A stretch of 64,000 bases of DNA. Source: an uncultured Ignavibacteriaceae bacterium. Its GTDB lineage: Bacteria; Bacteroidota; Ignavibacteria; UBA10030. Shown here in pieces: positions 1 through 8,787 of the stretch. The stretch covers positions 231,436 through 295,435 of the forward strand of contig CAZHOJ010000004.1 in the NCBI GenBank assembly GCA_964534125.1, in the 5' to 3' direction. The first letter of the stretch is position 1; every line of letters starts with the position of its first letter. Below the pieces are notes generated by a model. It was not told the DNA's origin. It searched no databases and saw nothing but the letters and a program-made list of their open reading frames with translations. The translations under genes were made by a program, and so were the position numbers.

Positions 1-50
1 CGACGGTTCTGGACGCCGCCGCATTCTCGAAACCGATAAAGAACATACGG

Positions 51-470
51 GTGCGGAAGCCCATAGCCATGAGCCCGGAGCACACGGTGGCGAAAGCCAT
101 ACAGCAGATGAACGAGCGGGGGGTCGGATGTGTTCTTGTGACCGAGAAGAAGAAGCTTGTCGGCATCTTTACCGAGAGGGATGTCCTGAAGAAGGTGGCT
201 GGGAAGCTGGATCCGGCAACGTCGAAGCTCCGTGACGTCATGACGCCGAAGGTGGAGGGACTGCAGGCCGACGACAGCATCGCATATGTGCTGAACACGA
301 TGCATGTGGGAGGATACCGTCACGTTCCTATCATAGATGAGAATGGTCTCCCCGTTGCGGTCATCTCGGTGAAGGACATCGTCGCATATATCATCGAGCA
401 CTTCCCCGAGGACATCATCAACCTTCCTCCGCAACCGATGCGGACGACGACAGAGCGGGAGGGGGCCTGA
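51..470 (+). CDS. CBS-domain pair protein; the reading frame is open back to position 3, so the gene may be 5'-truncated by the window edge
   Basis: 139-aa ORF with two CBS-like repeats (TERDVLKKV... / HVPIIDENGLPVAVISVKDIV). GTG at 51, no upstream in-frame stop. Confidence 0.6.
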   Translation: MRKPIAMSPEHTVAKAIQQMNERGVGCVLVTEKKKLVGIFTERDVLKKVAGKLDPATSKLRDVMTPKVEGLQADDSIAYVLNTMHVGGYRHVPIIDENGLPVAVISVKDIVAYIIEHFPEDIINLPPQPMRTTTEREGA

Positions 471-508
471 CCCGCTCCGTTCGACGCTTGCTGTACGCGG
501 CTTCATAG

Positions 509-931
509 TCCCGCATACCAAGGGACCTTGTGCAGGTCGTCCTGACCGAAAGGAGCGGCCGAGACGTCGGCGATCTTCCGGTCGTTCAGGGAAACGAAGG
601 CCAGCTGCGGCAGGTATTCCGGAATTTGATAGACAACGGACTGAAGTTCATCCGTGGCCGCGCTCCCGTTCTTTGAATCATGGCGGAGGAGCAGGAAGCG
701 GGTTGGACCGTCTCGGTTACTGATAATGGGATTGGGATCCGTGAGGAGGACCAACAGCGCATCTTCAAGATCTTCCAGCGTGTGCAGACCCAGTTCGATG
801 TGGAAGGGACCGGCATCGGCCTCGCAATAACGAAACGCATCGTCGAGAAACATGGTGGGAGCATCCGCGTCTCCTCGCGGCCGGGAGAAGGCTCGACGTT
901 CAGTCTCTTCCTCCCGAAGCACGCCATGTGA
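509..931 (+). pseudogene. Orphan histidine-kinase C-terminal (HATPase_c) remnant interrupted by an in-frame TGA (674-676); no HisKA/H-box upstream
   Basis: Same-frame translation gives an N-box-like VQGNEGQLRQVFRNLIDNGLKFIRG, then TGA, then G1/G2 boxes VSVTDNGIGI...GTGIGLAITKRIVEKHGGSIRVSSRPGEGSTFSLFLP. Only about 25 codons are open upstream of the N-box before a TAG. Confidence 0.6.
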
Positions 932-976
932 CGACCACCGATCGCATGATGAATGCTTCAGAAGCGCCCGATTTTC

Positions 977-1005
977 TTGACAATCCTCGCATTTCCGTCT
1001 ATATT
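977..1005 (+). promoter_or_regulatory. Sigma-70-like promoter for the nuo operon (TTGACA-17 bp-TATATT)
   Basis: TTGACA at 977-982, 17-nt spacer, TATATT at 1000-1005, about 36 nt upstream of the nuoA start. An AT-rich island in a GC-rich context. Confidence 0.5.
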
Positions 1006-1040
1006 GACCCGGTTTTCGCACGCACTCCAATCCGGTCCTA

Positions 1041-1481
1041 ATGCTGACAGAATTCGGTAGGATCCTCATCTTCTTCATCCTGGGCATTGTGTTCGTCGCC
1101 GGAGGCCTCTTTTTCTCATGGCTTCTTCGCCCGAAACGCCCCTATCCTGAAAAGCTTTCCTCGTACGAATGCGGCGAGGAACCTGTCGGCAATGCATGGG
1201 TCCGGTTCAATATCCGTTTCTACGTCATCGCTCTCATCTTCCTCATCTTCGAGGTCGAGGTCGTCTTCCTGTTCCCGTGGGCTCTCGTCTATCGCGAGCT
1301 GGGAATGATCGCGTTCCTCGAGATGGCAGTCTTCCTCGCTATCCTCATCGTCGGTTTCGTGTATGTGTGGGTCAAGGGAGATCTTGATTGGGACAAGCCG
1401 CGTCCGATCGTGCCGACGCTGCGACGTGGAACCTCCGTGGCGCCGGAACCAGCGTCGCCCGTTGAACGGCTCGTATCATAG
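1041..1481 (+). CDS. nuoA: NADH-quinone oxidoreductase subunit A with a short C-terminal extension
   Basis: Three-TM ND3-like sequence ([24 protein letters not shown]), first gene of the nuo cluster. Confidence 0.9.
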   Translation: MLTEFGRILIFFILGIVFVAGGLFFSWLLRPKRPYPEKLSSYECGEEPVGNAWVRFNIRFYVIALIFLIFEVEVVFLFPWALVYRELGMIAFLEMAVFLAILIVGFVYVWVKGDLDWDKPRPIVPTLRRGTSVAPEPASPVERLVS

Positions 1482-1490
1482 GAGATCCCC

Positions 1491-1988
1491 TTGGGCCTGC
1501 TCGACCAGCGATTCGAACAATCAAACATCGTCATCACCTCCCTCGAGAATCTGCTGAACTGGGCCCGCCTCTCATCGTTGTTCCAGATGCAGTTCGGCCT
1601 TGCCTGTTGTGCCATCGAGATGATGGCCGCCTCCGCCTCCCACTTCGACATCATGCGGTTCGGCGTCATTCCGCGCGCGACTCCCCGCCAGGCGGATGTC
1701 ATGATCGTGGCAGGCACCGTCACGATCAAGATGGCCTCGCGCATCAAGCGCCTGTATGACCAGATGGCCGAGCCACGCTATGTCCTCTCGATGGGTTCCT
1801 GCTCCAACTGCGGGGGGCCGTACTGGGAGCACGGGTACCATGTCCTGAAGGGTGTCGATCGTGTGATCCCTGTGGATGTGTATGTCCCCGGCTGCCCGCC
1901 ACGCCCCGAGGCTCTCCTTGAAGGCATCATGAAGCTGCAGGAGAAGGTCAGGGCAGAGTCTCTCGTGAAGCGAAAGGTCTCCGCATGA
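1491..1988 (+). CDS. nuoB: NADH-quinone oxidoreductase subunit B (N2 Fe-S subunit)
   Basis: [20 protein letters not shown] and VPGCPPRPE cysteine motifs; TTG start with GGAG upstream. Confidence 0.92.
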   Translation: MGLLDQRFEQSNIVITSLENLLNWARLSSLFQMQFGLACCAIEMMAASASHFDIMRFGVIPRATPRQADVMIVAGTVTIKMASRIKRLYDQMAEPRYVLSMGSCSNCGGPYWEHGYHVLKGVDRVIPVDVYVPGCPPRPEALLEGIMKLQEKVRAESLVKRKVSA

Positions 1989-2461
1989 CGGCAGAAGAGA
2001 TCTATACCGCGTTGCAGGGAAAGCTGGGCGATGCGGTCCGCGAGCTGAAAGCAGATGTGCTCCAGCCGTTCATCGTCGTCGATCCGGCGAAGCTTGCTGA
2101 GGTCGCGTTGTTCCTCCGGGACGACCCGGAGATGGATTTCGACTACTGCAACTGCGTCAGCGGTGTGGACTACAATGACGGGACGCTCGGCGCGGTCTAT
2201 CATCTGAGCTCGATGTCGAAGAAGCACAAGATCGTCCTCAAAGCGATCGTCCCGAAGGACCAGCCGAATGTCCGCTCGACAGCAGAGGTCTGGGGCGGCG
2301 CATCATGGCACGAGCGGGAGGCCTACGATATGGTCGGGATCATCTTCGACGGACATCCGGACCTGCGGCGCATCCTTCTCCCCGACGATTATCCGGGCCA
2401 TCCGCTGCGCAAGGATTTCGAGGTGCCGGAGTTCTACAACGGCATCAAGGTGCCATACTAA
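1985..2461 (+). CDS. nuoC: NADH-quinone oxidoreductase subunit C (30 kDa), not fused to D
   Basis: 158 aa; 4-nt overlap with nuoB; NuoC-like core ([46 protein letters not shown]). Confidence 0.88.
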   Translation: MTAEEIYTALQGKLGDAVRELKADVLQPFIVVDPAKLAEVALFLRDDPEMDFDYCNCVSGVDYNDGTLGAVYHLSSMSKKHKIVLKAIVPKDQPNVRSTAEVWGGASWHEREAYDMVGIIFDGHPDLRRILLPDDYPGHPLRKDFEVPEFYNGIKVPY

Positions 2462-2485
2462 GGGACGACAGACGTCAGACGCGAC

Positions 2486-3679
2486 GTGATACCGGAAACG
2501 AAAATACTGCCGACGAACTACGTGACGAAGCCGGGCGAGATCAAGACCTCGACCGGGAAGACGATCCGTACGGATGAGATGATCATCAATATGGGGCCTC
2601 AGCACCCGTCGACGCACGGCGTGCTTCGTCTCGAGATCGTGGTGGACGGGGAGATCGTCGTCGATGTCATCCCGCACATCGGGTACCTGCACCGCTGCTT
2701 CGAGAAGCATGCGGAACACATGACCAACTACCAGCAGGTCATCCCGTACGCGGACCGGATGGACTACCTCGCCTCGATGAACAACGACTGGGCGTATGCC
2801 TTGGCGGTCGAACGTATGCTGAAGATCGAGGTGCCGGAGCGCGTCGAGGTCATCCGTGTCATCATGGCGGAGCTGCAGCGTATCGCATCGCACCTCGTCG
2901 CTGTCGGGACGTTCGGCATCGACATGGGGGCGTTCACGCCGTTCCTGTGGGCGTTCCGCGACCGCGAGTACATCCTCGACCTGTTCGAGATCACCTGCGG
3001 TGCACGACTCCTCTACAACTATGTCTGGGTCGGCGGGCTCTCGCACGACATTCATCCGAAATTCGTCGAGAAGGCGAAGGCGTTCTGCACGTACTTCAAG
3101 CCGAAGCTCACGGAGTTCAACAACCTCCTGACCTACAACGAGATCTTCATCAAGCGGACTGCCAACGTCGGGGTGCTCCCGGGGGATGTTGCCATCAACT
3201 ACGGATGCAGCGGCCCGATGCTCCGCGGGTCGGGGGTCGATTGGGACCTCCGGCGCGACGATCCGTACGGTGTGTACGACCGGTACGAGTGGGAAGTGGC
3301 GGTCGGCAAAGGCCAGATGGGAACGGTGGGAGATGTGTGGGACCGGTTCATCGTGAAGGTCCGTGAGATGGAAGAGAGCGTCCGCATCATCGAGCAGGCA
3401 CTTGCGAACATACCAGAAGGGAACGTGCAGAGCGCGATCCCGAAACGGATACTGCCGAACAAGGGGGCAGAGGTCTATGTCCGGACCGAGACGCCGCGCG
3501 GCGAGCTCGGATTCTATATCATCTCGGATGGGACGGGAAGCCCGTACCGTGTCAAGGCGCGCGCCCCGGCATTCTCAAACCTGTGCGTCCTGCCGGAGAT
3601 ATCACGCGGCAGCATGATCGGGGACCTCGTCGCGATCGTCGGAAGTGCGGACATCGTGCTGGGCGAAGTTGACCGGTAA
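2486..3679 (+). CDS. nuoD: NADH-quinone oxidoreductase subunit D (49 kDa)
   Basis: 397 aa; [21 protein letters not shown] and typical 49-kDa-subunit sequence; GTG start. Confidence 0.93.
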   Translation: MIPETKILPTNYVTKPGEIKTSTGKTIRTDEMIINMGPQHPSTHGVLRLEIVVDGEIVVDVIPHIGYLHRCFEKHAEHMTNYQQVIPYADRMDYLASMNNDWAYALAVERMLKIEVPERVEVIRVIMAELQRIASHLVAVGTFGIDMGAFTPFLWAFRDREYILDLFEITCGARLLYNYVWVGGLSHDIHPKFVEKAKAFCTYFKPKLTEFNNLLTYNEIFIKRTANVGVLPGDVAINYGCSGPMLRGSGVDWDLRRDDPYGVYDRYEWEVAVGKGQMGTVGDVWDRFIVKVREMEESVRIIEQALANIPEGNVQSAIPKRILPNKGAEVYVRTETPRGELGFYIISDGTGSPYRVKARAPAFSNLCVLPEISRGSMIGDLVAIVGSADIVLGEVDR

Positions 3680-3717
3680 GCGGCCTCAGGCAGAGGATAT
3701 ATAGTTCACGACCAACG

Positions 3718-4764
3718 ATGCAAGAATTCCTGACAGACATACTTGGCGATAATCTTCTGGTGTACGTCATTATGGCGGCGCCGCCGCTTGTCTTCATCCT
3801 CCTGTACGCCCTCGTGACCCTGTACTCGGAGATGAAGGTGTCGGCGCACATTCAGGACCGCGTGGCCTACATGCGCACCGGATGGCATGGCGTCCTGCAG
3901 CCGTTCGCCGACATCCTGAAGCTGATCCAGAAAGAGGACATCATCCCGTCGAAGGCTGACAAGCTCCTCTTTGTTGGTGCTCCGTATCTGGTGTTCGTCG
4001 GCACCTATGCCGGGTTCGCCGCGATCCCGTTCACGAGCACATACATCGGCGCCGACATCCATCTGGGCATCTTCTATATCATCGCCGTTTCGTCGCTCGT
4101 CGTTGCCGGCTTGCTGATGGCCGGATGGGCGTCGAACAACAAGTGGTCCCTCCTCGGTGCGATGCGTTCGGCGGCGCAGGTAGTCTCGTACGAGATCCCG
4201 ACCGCCCTGGCTATCCTCGTTGCGGTGATGATCACAGGGTCGCTCAACCTGAACGACGTCTCTGAGTTCCAGGCGGGTGGTATCCACAACTGGGTCGTGT
4301 TCGGCGGTCCGCTCGGGATCTGGCAGAAACTGGCTATCCTTCCGTTCACGCTCGTCGCTTTCTTCATTCTCATTGTCACGGGACTTGCCGAGGCAAACCG
4401 GACGCCGTTCGACCTGCCCGAAGCGGAATCGGAGCTCGTGCAGGGCTTCAACACCGAATACAGCGGGATGAAGTTCGCGATGTTCTACGTCGCGGAATAT
4501 GCCAACATGTTCCTCGTCTCCGCCGTCGCTGTCAGCCTCTTCCTCGGCGGATGGCAGAGCCCGTTCGGCGAATTCCTGTCGGGGCCCATCTGGGGTATTT
4601 TCTGGTTCGTGAGCAAGGGTATGATCTTCGTGTTCATCCAGATCTGGCTGCGGTGGACGCTGCCGAGGCTCCGCGTGGACCAGTTGATGTATGTGGCCTG
4701 GAAGGTCATGATACCGTTCCTGTTCGTGTGCGTGTTCGCTGTTGGATTGATCCTCGTGTTGTAG
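3718..4764 (+). CDS. nuoH: NADH-quinone oxidoreductase subunit H
   Basis: 348-aa polytopic ND1-like protein (RVAYMRTGWHGVLQPFADILKL, ANRTPFDLPEAESELVQGFNTEYSGMKFAMFY). It follows nuoD directly, so no nuoEFG lies between them. Confidence 0.93.
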   Translation: MQEFLTDILGDNLLVYVIMAAPPLVFILLYALVTLYSEMKVSAHIQDRVAYMRTGWHGVLQPFADILKLIQKEDIIPSKADKLLFVGAPYLVFVGTYAGFAAIPFTSTYIGADIHLGIFYIIAVSSLVVAGLLMAGWASNNKWSLLGAMRSAAQVVSYEIPTALAILVAVMITGSLNLNDVSEFQAGGIHNWVVFGGPLGIWQKLAILPFTLVAFFILIVTGLAEANRTPFDLPEAESELVQGFNTEYSGMKFAMFYVAEYANMFLVSAVAVSLFLGGWQSPFGEFLSGPIWGIFWFVSKGMIFVFIQIWLRWTLPRLRVDQLMYVAWKVMIPFLFVCVFAVGLILVL

Positions 4765-4890
4765 GCCTGATCCGGTCCGGGCGGCGCCCGCCACGATGGC
4801 AGCGTCCGTCGCGTGATATGAAACAATATCTTCTCCCGTTGCGTTCGTTGCCTCCGCAGCGTGCGTTGCGAGAAACCTTTTTATGAGTTC

Positions 4891-5505
4891 ATGAGCGCAG
4901 TCAAAACATACTTCGTCGACATCTACAAAGGCCTCTCGACCGTCTTCATCGGGATGAAGCTGACCTTCGCGCATCTGTTCACGCGGTCGGTGACGATCCA
5001 ATACCCCGACGTGAAGCTGACGATGCCCGAACGGTCGCGCAACCGCCTGTACGTCAACATCGACGACTGCATCGGCTGCGATCAGTGTGCGAAGGCCTGT
5101 CCGGTCGACTGCATCACCATCGAGACCATCAAAGCGACGCCGGACGTGGACCTCGGGACCACCTCGGGCGGGAACAAGAAGCGCCTGTACGTGCCGACGT
5201 TCGACATCGACATCGCCAAATGCTGCTACTGCGGGCTGTGCGTCTACCCCTGCCCGACCGAATGCATCGTGATGACCGATGTGTACGAGTTCGCCGAGTT
5301 CGACCGGAAGAATCTCGTCTACAACTTCAGCGCCATGACGCCGCAGGATATCGCGGCGGCGAAGGAAAAGGCCGAAAAGGCCGCTGCGGAGGCTGCAGCG
5401 AAGAAAGCTGCCGCCGCTGCCGCGCCAAAACCCGCCGCTCCGCCGGCCAAACCGGCAACACCTCCTCCGCCAGCGCCGCCAAAGCCGGACGAACCGGCAT
5501 CGTGA
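4891..5505 (+). CDS. nuoI: NADH-quinone oxidoreductase subunit I (2x[4Fe-4S]) with a roughly 55-aa Ala/Pro/Lys-rich C-terminal tail; alternative GTG start at 4861
   Basis: CIGCDQCAKACP and CCYCGLCVYPCP ferredoxin motifs. C-terminal tail AAAKEKAEKAAAEAAAKKAAAAAAPKPAAPPAKPATPPPPAPPKPDEPAS. Confidence 0.9.
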   Translation: MSAVKTYFVDIYKGLSTVFIGMKLTFAHLFTRSVTIQYPDVKLTMPERSRNRLYVNIDDCIGCDQCAKACPVDCITIETIKATPDVDLGTTSGGNKKRLYVPTFDIDIAKCCYCGLCVYPCPTECIVMTDVYEFAEFDRKNLVYNFSAMTPQDIAAAKEKAEKAAAEAAAKKAAAAAAPKPAAPPAKPATPPPPAPPKPDEPAS

Positions 5506-5510
5506 CCGAC

Positions 5511-6014
5511 ATGGAACTCACGACGACCATCTTCTATGTGTTCGCTGTCATCGCCCTCGCATCGGCGGCCTACGTCGTGCTGGCGCGGAACATCGTGCGG
5601 GCGGCGTTCGCCCTGCTGTTCACGCTCATGAGCGTTGCGGCATTCTACGCGCTCCTCCTCGCGGATTTCCTCGCCGTGACACAGTTGCTGGTCTATGTCG
5701 GCGGCATCCTCGTGCTGCTGCTGTTCGGTGTGATGCTGACGAACCGGCAGATCTCGGTCGATATCCGCACAGGCGTCATGCAGATGTGGCCGGCCGTCTT
5801 CATCGCGGCGGCCATTGCCGGGACTCTCGCGGGGATCGTGCTGTCGACCGATTGGCCGACACTTTCCAGCCTCGCGGAGGGAACAGCGACGGCGCCGGTG
5901 ATCGGCGGGAAGTTCCTCTCATCCTATCTCCTTCCGTTCGAGGTCGCCTCAGTGATCCTTCTCGTGGCGCTCGTCGGTGCTGCGCTGATCGCGCGGCGGG
6001 AGAGGACATCATGA
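5511..6014 (+). CDS. nuoJ: NADH-quinone oxidoreductase subunit J
   Basis: 167-aa hydrophobic ND6-like protein starting MELTTTIFYVFAVIAL. It lies within a longer spurious ORF (5085..6014) whose upstream part overlaps nuoI in another frame. Confidence 0.85.
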   Translation: MELTTTIFYVFAVIALASAAYVVLARNIVRAAFALLFTLMSVAAFYALLLADFLAVTQLLVYVGGILVLLLFGVMLTNRQISVDIRTGVMQMWPAVFIAAAIAGTLAGIVLSTDWPTLSSLAEGTATAPVIGGKFLSSYLLPFEVASVILLVALVGAALIARRERTS

Positions 6015-6343
6015 ACGACCTCATCGCCTGGCTTGCCGAACCCGGCCTGACGCATTACCTGATGGTGAGCGCACTGCTCTTCTCGCTCGGGCTGTATGCG
6101 GTGCTGACGAGAAAGAACGCGATCATGATCCTGATGGGAATCGAGCTTGTGCTGAATGCCGCAAGCCTGAACTTCGTGGCGTTCAGCCGCTATTCGGCGG
6201 GAACGATCGACGGACAGGTAGTCTCGGTGTTCATCATCATCCTGGCGGCCGCAGAGGCTGCTATCGCTCTGGCGATCGTGCTGAACATCTACCAGAACTT
6301 TGACACTCTGAACGTCGACGAGATCAATCGGCTGAAAGACTAG
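6011..6343 (+). CDS. nuoK: NADH-quinone oxidoreductase subunit K
   Basis: 110-aa ND4L-like protein (MGIELVLNAASLNFVAF); ATGA start/stop overlap with nuoJ. Confidence 0.9.
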   Translation: MNDLIAWLAEPGLTHYLMVSALLFSLGLYAVLTRKNAIMILMGIELVLNAASLNFVAFSRYSAGTIDGQVVSVFIIILAAAEAAIALAIVLNIYQNFDTLNVDEINRLKD

Positions 6344-6357
6344 AGCAATCGCATCCG

Positions 6358-8625
6358 ATGAGCCCTGAGACACTCCTGAATATTGCCCTGATCGTCCTGT
6401 TCCTCCCGCTGGCGAGTTTCGCCGTCCTGATCTTCTTTAACAAGCGGATGCCCCGGGAGGGCGACTGGTTCGGCACCACCGTGCTGTTCGTGATACTGGT
6501 CCTGTCCTTCGTCCTGCTATGGACCAAGGTGACAACGTACCACGACGAGGTCCTGCAGGGCAGCTTCACGTGGATCAGCCTGGGGGATGTTCCGGGATGG
6601 GGTCCGCTGACCGTCACGCTCGGGATCATGATCGACAATGTCAGTGCGATCATGCTGATGGCGGTGGCCATTGTCTCCTCGCTCGTCCATCTTTTCTCTA
6701 TCGGCTACATGCATGGGGACGTGCGATACGGCCGGTACTTCGCCTATCTGAGCCTGTTCACATTCTCGATGCTCGGTATCGTGCTGACGAACAACTTCCT
6801 GATGATGTACGTGTTCTGGGAACTCGTGGGGCTCTCGTCCTACCTGCTCATCGGACACTGGTTCGAGAAGAAGAGCGCGGCGGATGCAGGGAAGAAGGCC
6901 TTCATCGTCAACCGGGTCGGTGATATCGGTATGTTCACCGGCATCCTGATCCTCTACGGGACGTTCCAGACATTCTCCTTCGACCCGATCTTCGAGGCCA
7001 TCCAGGCCGGTCAGATCCCACTCGGCAGCGAGGCATGGCTGACCGCAGCGGGCATCCTCATTTTCTGCGGCGCCGTCGGAAAATCGGCCCAGTTCCCGCT
7101 GCATGTCTGGCTTCCGGATGCCATGGAAGGCCCGACGCCCGTCAGCGCGTTGATCCATGCGGCGACGATGGTCGCGGCAGGTGTCTACCTGGTGACCCGG
7201 ACGTTCGCGATGATGACCGCAGATGCGCTCATCACCATCGCGTACATCGGCGCCATCACCGCCTTCGTGGCGGCCACGATCGCGATCGCCCAGAACGACA
7301 TCAAGAAGGTGCTTGCCTACTCTACCGTCAGCCAGCTTGGGTACATGATCATGGGGCTTGGCGTCGGAGCATACACGGCCGGGTTCTTCCATCTCACCAC
7401 GCATGCGATGTTCAAGGCGGGGCTTTTCCTTGGCTCGGGTTCGGTCATCCATGCGATGCACCACGCGCTTCACAAGGCGCACGATCATCATACCGACGCG
7501 CAGGACATCCGGAACATGGGCGGCCTTCGGACGAAGATGCCCATCACTTTTTGGACGTTCCTCATCTATACGCTCGCCATCTCCGGCGTTCCGCTGACAT
7601 CCGGATTCCTCAGCAAGGATGAGCTCCTTGCGGGAACGTTGGCGTTCAGTTCGCTGCAGGGACATGCCATCATCCCCATTGTCGGCTTCGGCGTCGCGGG
7701 GCTGACGGCATTCTACATGTTCCGTCTTGTCATCCTTACCTTTTTCGGCGAACACAAGGTCCCGAACCGGCTCGGGGACATCCACGAATCACCGTGGGTC
7801 ATGACTGTCCCGCTGGTGACGTTCGCGGTCCTGTCGTTCTTCTTCTTCTTCACGGGAACGGTGAATCCGTTTAGCCCAGAAGGGTGGTTCACTGATGCCG
7901 TGCAGCGTCCGGTATCCGTCGTTCCGGCCGGGGTCGCGGCCCCCGATGGGACGCTCTTCGCCGATGCGCTCCACCATGCGCACGGGACGGCGATGATGCT
8001 GTCGCTGTCGATCGCAGGTCTGGGCATCCTCGTTGCGTTCCTCACCTACTACTGGAAGCGCATCAGCGCGGACGCCATCGCGAATGCACTGAAGCCCGTG
8101 CACACGTTCCTGCTGAACAGGTGGTACTTCGACGAACTGTACGATGCAACGGTCGTGAAGGGCACCATCCTCTTTGCCAGGGCGTACGCGTGGTTCGATA
8201 ACACGGTCATCGACGGCATCGTGAACGGCACAGCCCGGTGGACGCTGGGGCTGACGCTCGGCACGCGTGCAACATGGGATGAGGGGAATTTCGGTGCGGT
8301 CGCGTACCGGGTCGTTTCCGGTGTCGTCTCCGTGTATGCAGGCTGGTTGCTGGCGTCGAGCCTCGCGCCGGCAGACCCGACCCTCTGGCAGTTCCTCCAG
8401 TATGGCGTTCTGGGGATCGCCACGGCCGGGCTTGCGTTCTTCATGTTCTACGTCGGGATCGGCGGTTTCGACAACCGGATCATCGACGGCCTCGTGAACC
8501 TCGTGGCATACCTTGCGGGATTCGTGGGAATCGTCACTCGCCGGGTCCAGACCGGAAAGGTACAGACCTATCTGGCATTCGTGCTGTTCGGGGTGATGGT
8601 GTTCTACTTGTGGTTCAGGGGGTAA
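6358..8625 (+). CDS. nuoL: NADH-quinone oxidoreductase subunit L; long (755 aa) with a duplicated C-terminal FDNxVIDGxVN segment
   Basis: ND5-like antiporter-type subunit (WLPDAMEGPTPVSALIHAATMV). The C-terminus contains FDNTVIDGIVNG... and again FDNRIIDGLVN...RRVQTGKVQTY. Confidence 0.9.
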   Translation: MSPETLLNIALIVLFLPLASFAVLIFFNKRMPREGDWFGTTVLFVILVLSFVLLWTKVTTYHDEVLQGSFTWISLGDVPGWGPLTVTLGIMIDNVSAIMLMAVAIVSSLVHLFSIGYMHGDVRYGRYFAYLSLFTFSMLGIVLTNNFLMMYVFWELVGLSSYLLIGHWFEKKSAADAGKKAFIVNRVGDIGMFTGILILYGTFQTFSFDPIFEAIQAGQIPLGSEAWLTAAGILIFCGAVGKSAQFPLHVWLPDAMEGPTPVSALIHAATMVAAGVYLVTRTFAMMTADALITIAYIGAITAFVAATIAIAQNDIKKVLAYSTVSQLGYMIMGLGVGAYTAGFFHLTTHAMFKAGLFLGSGSVIHAMHHALHKAHDHHTDAQDIRNMGGLRTKMPITFWTFLIYTLAISGVPLTSGFLSKDELLAGTLAFSSLQGHAIIPIVGFGVAGLTAFYMFRLVILTFFGEHKVPNRLGDIHESPWVMTVPLVTFAVLSFFFFFTGTVNPFSPEGWFTDAVQRPVSVVPAGVAAPDGTLFADALHHAHGTAMMLSLSIAGLGILVAFLTYYWKRISADAIANALKPVHTFLLNRWYFDELYDATVVKGTILFARAYAWFDNTVIDGIVNGTARWTLGLTLGTRATWDEGNFGAVAYRVVSGVVSVYAGWLLASSLAPADPTLWQFLQYGVLGIATAGLAFFMFYVGIGGFDNRIIDGLVNLVAYLAGFVGIVTRRVQTGKVQTYLAFVLFGVMVFYLWFRG

Positions 8626-8632
8626 GGGTTGT

Positions 8633-8749
8633 GCGCAGAGACGGAGAGCGGCACCGGAGGGTCAGGGGGAGGACGCAGAGAGATCGAAAGAGGGAATGAC
8701 TGCAATTCATACTCTCTCAGCGTCTCTGCTCCCTCGGCGACTCTGCGTG
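8633..8749 (+). other. Intercistronic nuoL-nuoM structured element: mutually complementary GCAGAGA/TCTCTGC repeats forming crossing helices
   Basis: 8635-8648 pairs with 8714-8729 (9+5 bp with a 2-nt bulge); 8673-8680 (ACGCAGAG) pairs with 8741-8748 (CTCTGCGT). The second helix crosses the first, suggesting a pseudoknot or alternative folds, in the 162-nt gap before the nuoM RBS. Confidence 0.35.
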
Positions 8750-8787
8750 AAACAGATATTGACTTGAGTTCTCAGGAGTAATCGCTC

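Noticed and set aside
503-1087. 194-aa minus-strand ORF (and a nested 113-aa one) between the CBS gene and nuoA
   Set aside because: Antisense to the recognisable histidine-kinase ATPase remnant and the nuo promoter. No domain-like sequence; typical GC-rich antisense ORF.
3706-5001. 431-aa minus-strand ORF antisense to nuoH/nuoI
   Set aside because: Arg/Asp/Glu/His-rich low-complexity translation of the reverse strand of well-supported nuo genes; artefact of high GC.
5085-6014. 309-aa ORF that appears to fuse an Arg/His-rich N-terminal region to NuoJ
   Set aside because: The N-terminal 140 aa are an out-of-frame read-through of nuoI. A genuine NuoJ start (ATG 5511) follows the nuoI stop by 5 nt.
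6517-7785. 422-aa minus-strand ORF antisense to nuoL
   Set aside because: Same reasoning; nuoL on the plus strand has clear ND5 signatures.
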